This document shows positions 1 to 13,610 of a DNA stretch of 64,000 nt, piece by piece. Numbering within the stretch: position 1 is the stretch's first letter; each line of letters opens with the position of its first letter. The stretch is taken from contig JAHRHZ010000041.1 in assembly GCA_024137785.1 (NCBI GenBank), positions 5,407,052 to 5,471,051 on the forward strand. Direction: 5' to 3'. The position numbers and the translations under genes were made by a program. Source of the DNA: Ginglymostoma cirratum (lineage: Eukaryota). Under the pieces are notes generated by a model. It saw only the letters and a list, made by a program, of their open reading frames with translations. It was not told where the DNA came from and made no database searches.

Positions 1-97
1 ACATAGTTAGTAGATGAAAGGGTTTACTGATGTTACTAGATAAACTGCCCTCATCAGGATATAAAGGGCTATTCCTGGGAGGAGTTAACCAGATGTA

Positions 98-275
98 AAA
101 CAAAAACAAGTTGCTGGAGAAACTCAGCATGTCTGATAGCATCTATGGAGAGTCACTGGACTCAAAATATTAACTCTGTTTCTCTCTCTGCACGGATACT
201 ACCAGACCTGTTGAGTTTCTCCAGCAATTTCTGCTTTTGTTTCAGATTTCCAACATCTACAGTTATTTGTTTTAT
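98..275. mobile_element. Fold-back pair of Penelope-derived terminal repeats
   Basis: ttgctggagaaactcagc ... gttgagtttctccagcaa inverted arms. Same family at about 1505-1700, 20110-20280, 23870-24060, 26520-26735, 27765-28010, 33735-33890 and 56010-56260. Confidence 0.7.
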
Positions 276-309
276 TTAACAGCTCACCAGTTGTGTTTAA
301 GTTACGTGC

Positions 310-1516
310 CATAATGTTTCAGAAGTAGTAATGTGATCTTACTCAGAAGGTGAACCTGTGTCTGATTAGACCATCTTGTATCTCATGGAATGTAACTAGC
401 TATTAAGTACAATGTAACAAACTGTTACAGCATATTGAGACTGACCATATCTTCTGACAATTTTATATTGGAAATCCTTCCCCAGAAGGTGCAAGTAGCT
501 GAGATTTCATGGTGGCAAAACTACCCAAAGGTTCTCAGTTGTACCATTTACAGTATCTTCCTCTCACTCGCCTTGTACACTGCCTTTCCCTTTTTGCCTA
601 TCAGGTTCGTTCTTTCTCCCTTTGTTAATGCCTTGTTATGGACCGGTTAATCCAAGTGGCACAGACAGAGCCTCTGTGCTCCAAATCAGCATTGCCCATT
701 TATAGTTTTGGAGCTTCTGTAGTTTTTGTTGTGGTTGGTTTCTGCAGCTGACGCAGTTTTGAGTTTCTGGAAAGTAGTTGCCCTGCTTGTCAGGTTTTTG
801 GGAATGAGAATCTGGTAAACTAGTAAAAGTGGGTGTGAGGATTGTCACGAAGAACGAAAGTGATTCATTTATGTCTTTGCTTTATCAGGAAGGAAAAGTT
901 GCAAGCCTTTGTATATTTTGACCACGTGAATTTTACCCATAACAGTGTGATTAACTGTCCTCTGAAATGGCTAAACAATTCTTTCACTATGTGCTACAGC
1001 CATCTATGTTTCTTCTGCTTTCAGTTTTTGAATGTAACCTTGTACCCAGGTCTCTTGCTTGAACCCCTAAATCACTGGGAACATCTTGTTCCTCTCAGCT
1101 CTGTCTCATTCCTTCATTGGTTTACAGTTCTATCACTCTAATCACCTCCATAAACAGCCAGATTTTTAAAAATGTATCTATGTGTTTATATTTTCACAAA
1201 TTAGGCAATTTGTTTCTTTTACTTCTGAGCATCGCTGGTGAAGCTGGATTTTTTTTTGCCCATCACTAATTAATCAGAGGACAATAAAAGTCAACCACAT
1301 TCTAGGTCAGCAGTTACGTGTAGTCCAGACTGAGTAAGGATGGCAGATTTCCTTCCCGGAAGGAAAGTGAAGCAGGTGTTTGTTTTTAAACAATCCTCAT
1401 AAATACTTGGTTACCATGAGGCTATTTTTTTTTATTCCAGATTTTTTAAAAATTTGTATTCAAATCTCACCAGCTCCATCAAAGCTGAGACCCTAGAATG
1501 TTAAATGCAAATAGAA
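310..1516 (+). repeat. Local duplication, copy 1
   Basis: Collinear similarity to 2281..4487, e.g. tatagttttggagcttctg, cttgcttgaacccctaaatcactgggaacatct, agctgagaccctagaatgttaaatgcaaatagaa. Confidence 0.85.
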
Positions 1517-1714
1517 GTTGCTGGAGAAACTCAGCAGGTATGGCAGCATCTGTGGAGAGAAAGCAGAGTTAATGTTTTGAGTCCAGTGACCCTTCTTCAG
1601 AACACACTGACCCATTCTCCACAAATGCTGTCAGACCTGCTGAGTTTGTCCAGCAATCTGTTTGTTCGTTTGTTGCAGATTTCAAGCATTTATGCTTTTA
1701 AGTTAAGAAGCCTC

Positions 1715-2255
1715 TTCTGGAGTACTGTGTCCAGTTCTGGTTGCCCAGTTATAGGATGGATTTATTAAACTGGGGAGGGTTCAGAGGAGACTTACCAGGA
1801 TGTTGTCAGGAGTGGAGGGTTTGGGTTATAAGGAGAGCCTGGATAAGCTGGGACTTCTCTTAACCTCCTACATTGTACTGAAAGGTGACCTTTATAGAGG
1901 TTTATAAAATAATGAGAGGTATAAATAAAGTGAATGGCAGTTGTATTTTCCCTAGGCTGGGGGATTTCAAGACTAGGGAACATATTTTTAAGGTGAGAGA
2001 AGAAAGATTTTAAAGGCATGAGAGGCAATTTTCTTTAGAGTGGTCCGTGTGTGGAATGAACTTCCAGAGGAAGTGGTGGATGTGGGTGCAGTCATGGCGT
2101 TTAAAAAAACATTTAGATAATTACGTGAATAAGAAATACTTGGGGGGGATATGGGCCAAGTGCAGGCAGGTGGGACCTAGTTTCATTTGGGATTATGGTC
2201 CGCATGGACTGGTTGGGCCAAAGGGCCTGTTTCCAAGCTGTGTGACTCTGTGGTG
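1715..2255 (+). mobile_element. CR1/HER1-type LINE 3' fragment
   Basis: Degenerate LEYCVQFW coding sequence and the 3' tail ggactggttgggccaaagggcctgtttcc. Confidence 0.85.
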
Positions 2256-2280
2256 CATAATAGAGCCATAGTCATAGATT

Positions 2281-4487
2281 CAATGTTCAGAAGTATAATG
2301 GGATCTTACTCTGAAGGTGAACTTGGGTCTGGTTGGACTATCCTGTATCTCCGCACTTAATAGCTAGTTGCATTCTATCTATGTAACAAACTGTTTCTGA
2401 TTACCAAGATTGATCCAGTCTCCTACTGACTACTTTATGTGCAGATCCCTTCTCCGGAAGGTGCATGTAGCTGATATTTATGTCAGAAGGAGAATTGGTG
2501 CTGGCAAAGCTACCCAAAACTTCTTAGTGGTACCAGTGATAGTAGCTTTCTCTCACTTGCCTTCTACACTGCCTTTCCCTCTTGCCTACCAGGCTCGTTC
2601 TTCCTTTGTTAATGCACCTTTCACTGGGGCCCTCTGTCTCCCTCACTTGTTCACTATTGCCCGTGTTGTTTTGTCTTTCACATCTCCTCCATTAATGCTT
2701 TGATTTAGATTTTTGTTGAAAGGAGGAAAGAGTGGTGCAGAGGTTTAGCTACCTGAAGACATGGTCATCAATGGCAGCGTGATTAGAATGGAGATGCATG
2801 AGAAATTAGGGTTGGAAAGGTGGATTTTTTTTGTTTTGAGATAATTGGATTGGGAGTTATGTGAAGCAGGGGTAAAGAGGGTTAAAAAGTTTAAAATCGA
2901 ACCATTTCCTGATCAGGAATAGCTTCGGTCCATTCCAGTCCTTGGCTAAGTCCAGCAGTCACATGGCTGCCAACTCGCTGATTGGAACACAGCAGGTCTG
3001 ACAGTATCAGAAGAGGTGGAACGTCAATGTTTTGGGTCAGGACCCTTCAGAACACACTGCATTGACTCTGACTCCAGCACCTGCAGTTCTTGGTATCTTC
3101 AACTGCCTGATTGGGTATATTCCTGGGATTTCATCGTGGACCACCCATTCACTTGTTTTGCCCATCCCCTGGGTGGACTATATTACCAAGATCAACTGCA
3201 AGGTGAACTTTCTTTTGTAACCAACCATACATCACAGAAAGAGAAGTAGGCCATTCAACCCATCGAATCATCTCCAATATTTGCAGGATTGATAAATGCA
3301 GATGTTCAAAGAGAATACATAAATTGTTTATTTGGTGCCCATGCTGTGATTTCTCTTCTGGGGTTTGTGTTTTTTTCTGCTTTCTTGGAGGCTAATAATC
3401 TGCAGGAGATTAGTTCTCAGCATTCAGACACTCCAGGCCATTCCTGGAGGATTCGCAGCCCATTGGATCTGAATAGTCCTGAGCTGGTTGGTGAACTTGC
3501 TGGTACATGGGCTGTCTGCAATGTTGCCTGGTTGTGTAAAGGCTGCTTTCCTCTGGGTTAAGCTCAACCTGTCAACTCTAGCATATTCCCAGGTGGTGTT
3601 GCCATGCAAGTACCATGTATGGGCCACTTAACCTACTTGGCACAGACTGAGCCACTGCGCCCCCGTCAGCATCACCCGCTTATAGTTTTGGAGCTTCTGG
3701 AGTTTTTGTTGTGGTTGGTTTCTGCAACTGAGTTGGTTTGAATTTCTGGCAAGTGGTTGCTCTGCCTCCCAGGATTTTGGGAACGAGAAGCTGGCACATA
3801 AGTAAAAGTGATCATGAGGATTGTCGAGAAGAAACAAAGTGGTTCACTAATGTCCCTCCATTTTCAGGAAAGAGAAGTTGTGAGCCTTGCACAGTTTGCT
3901 GTGGGTGAAAGTCATGTGTAATCAATGTGACTAACGGTCATCTGAAATGGCCAAACAATTCTGTCTCCTTTTTATACTGCGGCCATCTGTGTTTCTCCTG
4001 CTTTCAGTCTTTGCATTTAACCTTGAACCCAGGTGTCTTGCTTGAACCCCTAAATCACTGGGAACATCTCATTCCCCTCAACTCTGTCTCATTTCTTCAT
4101 CAGTTTACAGTTCTACCACATTGGGACTCTAAATTCCTCTTTAAAAGCAGCCAGGTTTTTAAATAGTATTTATTTATTTGTGTGTATTTCCTCAGATTAG
4201 GCAATTTATTCCAGAGCATCACTGGTAAAGTTGGATTTTGCTGCCTGTCACTAATAGCTCAGAGGACAGTAAAAAGCAACCACATTGTTGTGGGTTTGGA
4301 GTTGGGTGTAGTCCAGATTGGGTAAGAATGACAGATGTCCTTCCTGAAGGTAAAAACAAACAAGGCACATGTTTACATGGTTATCATGAGGCTTTTTTTT
4401 TATTCCAGTTTGTTTTTGATATATTGTATTCAGATTTCATCATCTGCCATCGGAGCTGAGACCCTAGAATGTTAAATGCAAATAGAA
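2281..4487 (+). repeat. Local duplication, copy 2 (about 1 kb extra at about 2620-3620)
   Basis: Shares the anchors listed for copy 1 in the same order. Confidence 0.85.
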
Positions 4488-4489
4488 AT

Positions 4490-5460
4490 ATCTGGAAAGA
4501 ACTGGATCACATAGCACCCCACCAATCTCAAAATCCAGCACAACATTCTCCGACATTTCCGCCACCTACAATCCCACCCCGCTCCCAGAAAGATATTTCC
4601 TTCCCTGCCCCTGTCTGCTTTCCACAGGGACCATTCACTTTGCGACTCCCTCGTCAGCTCTTCACTGCCCAGCAACCTCTCCACCACACCTGGTACCTTT
4701 CCCTATAACCTCAAGAGGTACAACATCTGTCCCCACACCTTCTCTCTCACCTCTGTCCAAGGCCCCAAACCGTCCTTCCAGGTCCAGCACAGATTCACCT
4801 GCACTTCATCCAAACTTGTATCCATTGCTCCCAATGTGGTCTCCCCTATATCAGGGAGACCAAATGCAGACTCAGGGACTGGTTCACAGGGCATCTGCGC
4901 TCTCTGCACATCAGTCAGTCCGACCTTCTGGTTACCATCCATTTTAACTCCCCTGATGACATGTCTATCCTTAGCATCCTCCACTGTCATGATATGGAAG
5001 TGCTGGTGTTGGACTGGACTTGTCCTCCACTGTCATAGTGGGGCCAAGCATAAACTGGAGGAACAACACCTGATATTTTGCTTTGGGAGCTTACAGCCGG
5101 AGAGCCTGAATCTTGACTTCAGCTTCAAAACCCCTCCACTCCCAGCCTTATCCCATGTCCTGCCTCCCTGACCTGTCCTAAACTGTCCATCTTCCTACTC
5201 ACCCATTCGTTCCCCCCTTCCCACTGACAAATCAATATAACCCGCTACCTTCATCTACCTAACACCATCCCACCTACCTTTCCCCAGCCCCACTCCTCCC
5301 TCTTTATTTCTAGGCTCCCCTCCCCCTCCCCAGTCCTGACAAAGTTTCAGCCTAAAATGTTGACTTTCCTGCTCCTGTGATGCTGTCTGACCTGCTGTGT
5401 TTCTCCAGTTCCATGTTTACTGACTCTGCGTTCCAGCATCTGTCGTCCTTACTCTCTCCT
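4490..5460 (+). mobile_element. Penelope-like element 3' part (degenerate GIY-YIG endonuclease plus terminal repeat)
   Basis: Translates to FQVQHRFTCTSS and CSQCGLPYIRETKCRLRDWFTGHLRS (YIGET-type GIY-YIG) and KLEEQHLIF. Ends in the cctgctcc...gatgctg...cctgctgtgtt terminus. Confidence 0.85.
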
Positions 5461-6184
5461 GCCGGGACACCATCTTCTGCCTTCAGAGTTTCATAGCATC
5501 TTTGAGTGTACAGAAGGTGAACAGTCCTTCAGCTGTTCTCTAAGCCATTAAATCTTAATTTTGATATTCCAAGTCTCTTGCTTTTTGACTGTGTGTATGC
5601 TCCAAGTGAGGGCAGCTTCATCACACTGCAGCTTCCAAAAGGAGCTGGTGGAGGACAGGAGATCATTACCTCCATGACGTTTGCACAGTGTCATTAGATC
5701 AAACTGTTTTCCATTTACGACGTTTTTACAACTTGTGAATGTTAATAATTAACACCAACTTTAAATGAAGGGCCACGTGAGTAACAACTGCTCCATGACG
5801 GTAGAGGGGACAGGGGGAAGGGATTAATGTAGGAGGAAGTACATGAAAATAAACCCAGTCGTAGTGCTTCTGAATGCCAGGCGGCTGCCAGCTTGCAGTG
5901 GTTGGAGCCTCTTGGTACCTGCCAGCTGCTACGGGAAAGAGCTGGAGCCCGGAGTTCTGTGTGTATACAGATTAGAGAAGCTTGTTCGGACTCTGCCAAG
6001 GTAGGGTTGTCAGTTTTTGTTGACTATGTTGCTGGAAGTTTGATCAAAATGCCTCTATCATGTCACAGCCCCAGTCTTGCACTCCCACCACCATCCAATT
6101 GGATAGAATCCTGGGCTGCCCACTTGGATCAAGCTTGACTTGTTAATGAGTGGGTCTTTTCTCCCCATCTCCATTTGTTTTTCC

Positions 6185-6530
6185 TTTATTCATTCACAGG
6201 ATGAGGGCATCACTGGCTGGGCAGCATTTATTGCCCATCCCTACGTGCCCAGAGGGCAGTTAAGAGTCAGCCTCATTGCTGTGGGTCTGGAGTTGCATGT
6301 CGGCCAGACCAGATAAGGGTGGCAGTTTCCTTCCCTCAAGGGCATTCGTGAACCAGATGGGTTTTTCTGACAATCGACAATGGATTCACGGTCCTCATTA
6401 GACCCTTAATTCCAGATATTTTAATTGAATTCAAATTCCACCATCAGCTGTGGTGGGATTCGAATCCAGAACATTATCTTGGTCTCTGGATTAACAGCCC
6501 AGCGATAATACCACTAGGCTATTGCCTCCC
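6185..6530 (-). mobile_element. tRNA-derived SINE (family B) with a LINE-derived tail
   Basis: Minus-strand head gggaggcaatagcctagtggtattatc...ttcgaatccc; tail matches 58020-58110. Further copies at about 14100-14465, 22780-23140, 27175-27620 and 37050-37345. Confidence 0.75.
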
Positions 6531-7411
6531 CAATATTTTTAGAACCAATGCAGTCAGAGAATGGCCGGAGGAGGCAGGAAGAGGCCATTCAGCCTGTTGT
6601 GTGTGCTGGCCCTCTACAGGCACAGTTCTCCTAGTGCCCACACCCTCTTCCTTTCCCCTGTTTCTTTTATGTATTGTCTTTTCCCCTGTAACCCTGCAGA
6701 TTACTCCTTTTCAGATGACAAGCCAATTCCCTCTTGGACATCCCAATTAAATCTGCTGCTGCTGTTCTCTCAGACAGCACATTCCAGATTCCAGTGTGAA
6801 AAAGTTTCTCCTCTGCTTTTTGTCCATTACCGGAAGCCTGTGTTGTCTAGATCTCTACCGTTCTAATAATGGGAACAGATTTTTCCTATTGACTTGGTCC
6901 AGACTCCTTATGATATTGAACATCTCTATCAAATCTCCTCTCAATCTCCAAGGAGAACTGTCCCAGTATCTCCAATCCTTCCACCTGACTAAAGTTCCAC
7001 ATTCCAGGAACCATTCCTGTGAATCTCTCCTGTACCCTGTCCCATGCCTTTACATCTTTTCTAAAGTGTGGCCCCCAGCATTGGGCACAATCCTCCTTTT
7101 TATGAGGCTTGAATCAGCATTGATTTTTGTACTTTGTCTCCTTGTTGATAAATTACAGCATGAAGTAAGCTTTAATAACCATTACCTCAACCTGCCCTTC
7201 CACCCTCAATAATTCCTGCATGTTCCTGGGTACCTCCCCCTCTTCTAGAGTTTATTTGTTTTGTGTATTGTCTTCTGTGTTCTTCTGACCGATGTGATTC
7301 ACTTCCCACTTTCCTGCTTAAATGTTACCACCTTCTTAAAAAAAAATTTGATGTTTTTTTTTGGAGTTCTGCATGTGTCTCCTCACAGTTCATAATCCTA
7401 TTCGAGCTCTT

Positions 7412-8480
7412 AAGACCATAAGACGCAGGAGCAGAAATTAGGCCATGCGGCCCACCGAGTCTGCTCCACTGTTCAATCAAAGCTGATAAGTTTCTCAATC
7501 CCATTCTCCCACTTTCTCCCCATAACCCTTGATCCCCCTGACAATCAAGAACCTATCTATCTCTGTGTTAAATATACTCAATGATGTGGCCTCCACAGCC
7601 TTCTGTGGCAGTGACTTCCATAGATTCACCACTCTCTGGCTGAAGAAGTTGCTCCTTATCTCTGCTCTAAAAGGTCTTCCCTTTGCTCTAAGGCTGTGCC
7701 CTTGGGCCCTAGTCTCTCCCACCAATGGAAACACCTTCCCAACATCCACTGTGTCCAGGCTGTTCAGTATTCTGTAAGTTTCATTTAGACCACCCCTCAT
7801 CCTTCTAAACTCCATCAAGTATAGACCCAGAGTCCTCAAACATTCCTCATCTGTTAAGCTTTTCATTTCTGGGACTATTCTCCTGAACCTCCTCTGAACC
7901 CACTGCAGGGCCAGTAATCCTTACTGAGATATGGGGCCCAAAGCTGCGCACGATACTCTAAATGTGGCCTGACCAGAGCCTTACAGAGCCTCAGAAATAT
8001 ATCCCTGCCTTTATATTCAAGTCCTGTCAATATAAATGCAAAAGTTGCATTTCCTTTCCAAACTACTGTCTCAACCTGCAAGTTTACTTTGAGAGAATCC
8101 TGGACTAGAACTCCTCAGTGTCTTTGCATTTCAGATTTCTGAATTTTCTCCCCATTTAGAAAATAGTCCATGATTCTATTCTTACCAAAGTGCATGACCT
8201 CAAACTTTCTCACATTGTACTCCATCTGCCACTTCTTTTTACACTCTCCTTACCTGTCCAAATCCTTCTGCAGCCTCCCTGCATCCTCAATACTACCAGT
8301 CCCTTTACCTACCTTTGTATCGTCTGCAAACTTAGCCAGAATGCTCACAGTTCCTTCATCGAGATCATAAATGTATAAAGTGAAAAGTTGTGGTCCCAAC
8401 TCTGACCCTTATGGAACACCACTTGTCACCGGCTGCCGTCCTGAGAAAGACCCTTTCAACCTCACTCTGGCTATCTGCCA
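7412..8480 (-). mobile_element. CR1-type LINE, RT C-terminus and 3' end
   Basis: ORF fragments KALVRPHLEYRAQLWAPYL and FFSQRVVNLWKSLP. Confidence 0.9.
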
Positions 8481-9464
8481 ATCTTCTATCCGTTTCGTTT
8501 CACCAGCAAATTTTGCAATTGTGCCCCATACACCAGAGTGTAGATGAGTAATCTACATCAGGAAGTGCAAGGGTCTGAACGCACATCCCTGGGCCACGTC
8601 ACTGTTAACCTATCCCAAATATACCATGCCCTGTCACTGAGCCAATCTTGTGTCTGTGGTACTGTCCATTTTATTCCATGAACTATAAATGAGGTGTTCA
8701 AAGAAAATGAATGATGAATAAAGCCCTTTCAATTGAAACCCCAGGAGAAAAACATTCCAAGCAGAATTGCGGGGGTTAATCTTCAATATCTGGAGACTCC
8801 CTAGGGTCAGTGCGGCAGGCTTGGCAACTCGAGTGCAGAGCTGTTCTGGTGTTGCAAAACTGTCATGGTCTTCCCTCTCCTGACATGGTGTGTAGGGGGA
8901 AAATACTGCAAAATTTACCTAAGTAAACTCCCTGTATCAGGCGCAATCAGGAATTGGCATTGAGATTAATATACAGTTTAATATACAGTTTAATATTGAT
9001 ATGTACGACTATTAATTTGCGTAATCAGAAACATGCAATGCTTGAAGCAGCACTCTTGGGCTCTAACTACAACTTCCCTTTGGTAAATTTCCATTTAGAT
9101 AATATTCCTTTGGTCTATTTCAAGCGGAAATCAATTTTTAACCACATCAGTGAAACTATCAGGTAAAGGTCTGAATGTTTAAGTGGGAATAACTTTACTG
9201 AAAATTATTTAAAATACACTGATATTTGGAAATCTCATTAGCGTATGCCAATTATTTTAAATATCACGTGGTATGACAAACCATTTACAAGCTGTGAACT
9301 GACACATGCAGCTGAGAACAACAAGCATTTTGAAGAGCCTTCCTGACCACGTAGAATACTTACAATTTTTTTTCACTGTGGCTTGGTAGAATGGGATGTG
9401 ATTCAGATAGTGTAAAAGATCACAACAAGGGGCTCTTGTGGTGCAGTGATAGTGTCCCTACCTG

Positions 9465-9968
9465 TTGTCTCCCTGCTATAGGAAGGATGTTGTTAAACTT
9501 GAAAGGGTTCAGAAAAGATTTACAAGGATGTTGCCAGGATTGGAGGGTTTGAGCCGTAGGGAGAGGCTGAATAAGCTAAGGCTATTTTCTCCAGAGAGTC
9601 AAAGGCCAAAAGATGACCTTTATAAGAGTTTGTATAATCATGAGGAGCATGGACAGGGTGAATAGCCAAGGTCTTTTCTCCATGGTAGGGGAGTTCAAAA
9701 CCAGAGGACATAGGTTTAATGTGAGAGGGAAAGATTTAAAAGGGGTAATTTTTTCATGTGGAGAGTGCTGTGCATATGGAATGAGGAAGTGGTGGAGGCG
9801 GGTACAATTACTACATCTAAAAGGCATATGGATGGGCACATGACTAGGAAGGGTTTAGAGGGTTATGGGCCAAATGCTGGCAAATGGGACTAGATTAATT
9901 TAGGATATCTGGTCAGCATCGGCGAGTTGGACTGACCCCGTGCTGTACAACTCCTTGACTCTATGACT
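9465..9968 (+). mobile_element. CR1/HER1 3' fragment inserted into a tRNA-derived short element
   Basis: SPCYRKDVVKLERVQKRFTRMLPG and a gactctatgactct tail; host halves lie at about 9430-9464 and 9968-10050. Confidence 0.85.
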
Positions 9969-11129
9969 CTGAGCCAGCAAACCCAGGTTCAAGTCCCATC
10001 TGCTTTCACACACAAAAAATAATAACATGCCTGAACATGCTGGTTTAAAAAATCTCGACACTACTCAATTTGATAACTGCTGTTACAATCCAAGTGAGAG
10101 AATCTAAAGATCGCCACAAAAACTTTAGGTGCAATTCACTTTGTGATCAAATTTCACGAATCCATTTGCATTTTGTTTGGCAACAATTCAAAGGTGGAAG
10201 GGTCAGTAAATAGAATAGGAGCAACATGAGCAAAACCTATTTTTACACAGTGAATCACGTTGATCAAGAATGCGCTGCCTGAAATGGCAATAGACCCTGA
10301 TCCCTTTTTGAAAGGGAATTAGATATACACCTGAACTTGTAAATTTCTCTAATTTATGGAAATGGGCTGGGAAGTGGGATCAATTCAGTACGTCTCACAG
10401 GAGACTCACAGATTGACCAAGACTCCGCACCATTGCTAGGCTCAAGTCCCTGCTTCGGTGGCTCAGTGTTCCAAACACCTTCCTTGAGATAAAGCTTTTA
10501 GACTTTAAGATCTGGATGTTTTCCTACCTCTTGAATTGATAGGTGACTTTGTACAGTTTTCACTGTACTCAAGTATTCCTATACTTGAATACACGTGACA
10601 AAAAGATCTAATTCTAAAATGTATAAAAATTGGGCTGAATTACCTCCAGTGCTGTGTCATGCTGAGCTTCTGGTATAACAATAGGGAATGAGCAATGAAA
10701 TCAAACTCTTCATTCATTCTATCAATTACGCAAGTGTTCTTTTTGAATTTGTTTCTTGCCAGTTGTTGGTGTTTATCCTGCCGGGAGGTTGGAAAACAGT
10801 GCAGCTTATTGTAGAGGGTTCAAATCGATACAAAGTGTATTGATCAAAGTCCTGGAGTTCATTGTGTATTGATAAAGACAGAGAAGCAACCTCAAAATCA
10901 CTGTTGCAATCTGGACTTGAATCATTAGCTATAATCAGACATAGTAATTTCTGAAGGAGGGTCCCGACCTGAAACGTCAGCTTTCCTGCTCCTCTGATGC
11001 TGCCTGGCCTGCTGTGTTCATCCAGCTCCACACTGTGTTGACTCATTAGCTGTGCTTTTCACTCCAGTGACTGTGCTAGACCTGCAGAGTCTCCAGCACC
11101 TTGTATGTTTGTTTCAGATTTCAGATCTA

Positions 11130-11460
11130 TTTTCTCTCTGTCTCTCTCTCTCTCTGTCTCTGTCTGTCTGCCTGTCTCTCTCTCTCTCTCCTGTCTTCTG
11201 TCTCTCTCTCTTTCCTGTCTCCTTTCTCTCTCTCTCTTCCCCCCGTCTTCTCTCTCTCTCTCTCTCTCTCCCCGCCATCTTCTCTCTCTCTCACTCTCTC
11301 TCTCCCCCCACCATCTTCTCTCTGTTTCTCTCTCTCCTGTCTCCTTTCTCTCTCGCACTCTCTCTCTCTCCTGTCTTCTGTCTCTCTCTCTCTCCTGTCT
11401 CCTTTCTCTCTCCTGTCTTCTCTCTTTCCTGTCTCCTTTCTCTCTCTCTCTCTCACTCCA
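11130..11460. repeat. (CT)n-rich compound microsatellite
   Basis: Almost pure pyrimidine tract with recurring tctctctctcctgtc units. Confidence 0.95.
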
Positions 11461-12369
11461 TGTAAATGGGTAACTTGCAGCTATCTCGCAGATTTATAGT
11501 CATTCCCATATTGCCAGCTGATGGAATTGTGTTTGGTCTACTGTGAGAGCTTGCTTTGTTGTGAGGACTTTATAGTGTCAATGTGGATACATGAGGGACT
11601 TCAAATGGTTTTCTCAGTGCATGATATTGGGATAATTGATTTACTTGCTCGTGTAAATCTCTAATGCGCCAATTCCTAAACGTTGCAGTGGAAGTGATTC
11701 TAAATGTGACAATAAATGGTCTGAGTAATGATCAAGCAGCATTTTATTTTAAAGACTGCAGGTTATAGGAGGAAGTGAAGGTTCAGTGGTGTTAACGTGC
11801 AGGTTACATTACTTTGAGTGAATAAGGCAATTGTAATGAGTTTCTTGCTCAATAGAGTAAGGAGTTTTGGGGTTTGAGGATCAAGTAACGCAATTCAAAG
11901 GTGGATTGAGTGGCATTGAGAATAAATCGGCTTAGTTTTACTGTTCGCACACTTTCCTGGTGAGAAGTTCCCCAAAGGTTTCTCGAATATATGAAAAAGG
12001 TTCAGAAATAGAAGGAGGGAGAATACTGTAGGAATAGAAGCCATGTGGAGTAATAACGCTGTGAGCCTAGGTCAGTGAGATTCTAGTCACTTGTGTGGCC
12101 CAGATTAATCCTAATTATGATTACCTGAAACTTTAGATCATTTGACCACTTCAATCTGTTCTTGCTCCATTGACACTGATACCTCTTTGGGTGCCTCAAA
12201 CTGCTTCTCAAACATAATTTTTTTTTTCATTTGTGGAAAGGTAGTTGTTGCGTTATTACAATGGATTGATTGTTGTCTGTCTTCCTGTGTGCTGCGTTAG
12301 CAGTTTCCTGACAACCTCCTGCATTACGCCCAAACTTACTGAAATTTTGTTGTTTATTGTAAAAGAAAT

Positions 12370-13610
12370 TGAGCGTGGAGAAGTTCTGCTACAGATTTAC
12401 AAGACGTCAGTGAAACTGCATCGGGAGTATTGTCTGCAGTTTTGGTCTCCTTGGGATACCATTGTATTAGAAGCAGTTCTGAGAAGGTTTTGACTCATAG
12501 AGAATCACAACCCACAGCAGCTAATCATCCAGCAATTATCTATTTTATATCTATTCTAACCCCACTGCTCAGTACTTCTTTCCACAGTCTTGTATATGAT
12601 GGCATTTCAAGTGCTCATCTAAATAATTCTTAAATGTTGTGATATTTCCTGCCTCGATCGCCCTTTTTGAGGCAGTTTAGTTCCAGGCACACACCACCCT
12701 CTGGGTGGAAAAGAAGCTATCCTTAAATCCCTTGTAAACCTTCTGCCTCTTCACTTAAATCTTTGCCCTCAGTAACAGACCATTCCTCTAATGAGAGGGG
12801 CTTCTTCCTAACAATCTTATTGAAGCCCTTCATAATTTTGTAGACTCCAATCGGACTCCCCTCAGCTTTCTGTGCTCCAAGGAAAACAACCCAGTCTATC
12901 GGGTTTGTCTTTTTGTAATAGAACAGTTCCAGTCCAGGCAACATCCTGATGAACCTCCTCTGCACCCTCTCCAGTACATGCACATCTTTGCTATAGTGTG
13001 GCAACTCAGAACCGCATACAGTACTCCAGCTGTAGACTAACTGATGTCCGATACACCTCCATTATAACCTCCCCGCTGTAGTATTCAATACCTTGATTAC
13101 TAAACACTGGTATCCCGCATTAACCTCTGTATCCATTTGTCCTGTTGCCTTCAATGATCTATGTACATACTCACTAAGGTCCCTTACTCAGCTGATTTCT
13201 GTGATGATGGCCATAACTTACAATGAAAAGTTGAACAGATCAGGCCTGTGTAATTTGGAAGTTGGAAGATTGGGAGGTATTTCTTATTGAAGGATCTTGA
13301 AGGAACTTGTCAGGGTGAATGCTGAGAGGATATTCCTCCACCTTGGACAGTCTAGAATTACTGGATGGGAGGGGGCACAGTTTAAAACCGAGATGAGGAT
13401 AAATCCTTTCTCTGAAGGTGTTTAGTGTTTGGAATTCTTGCCCCCAGTGAGCAGTGGAGGCTGGGTCTCTAAATATATTCACAGCCAAATTGAGCAGATC
13501 TTTGATTAACAAATGGAAGTCAAGGTTGTGAAGATCAGAGAAGAAAGTGTGGTGTGGACCAAATCTGATCAACCATCATCTTAGGGGGGCTGAATAGCCC
13601 CTACTTCTTA
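12370..13610. mobile_element. Cluster of degenerate CR1 fragments in both orientations
   Basis: LQIYKTSVKLHREYCLQFWSP (+) and PHYSKDVHVLERVQRRFIRMLPGL (-). Confidence 0.8.

Noticed and set aside
636-3837. Shared peptide SCRNQPQQKLQKLQNYK in two minus-strand ORFs, suggesting duplicated exons
   Set aside because: The DNA duplication explains it. The flanks are frameshifted relative to each other and no consistent splice sites were found.
11052-11499. Several overlapping 99-137 aa ORFs
   Set aside because: They are translations of a CT/GA microsatellite.
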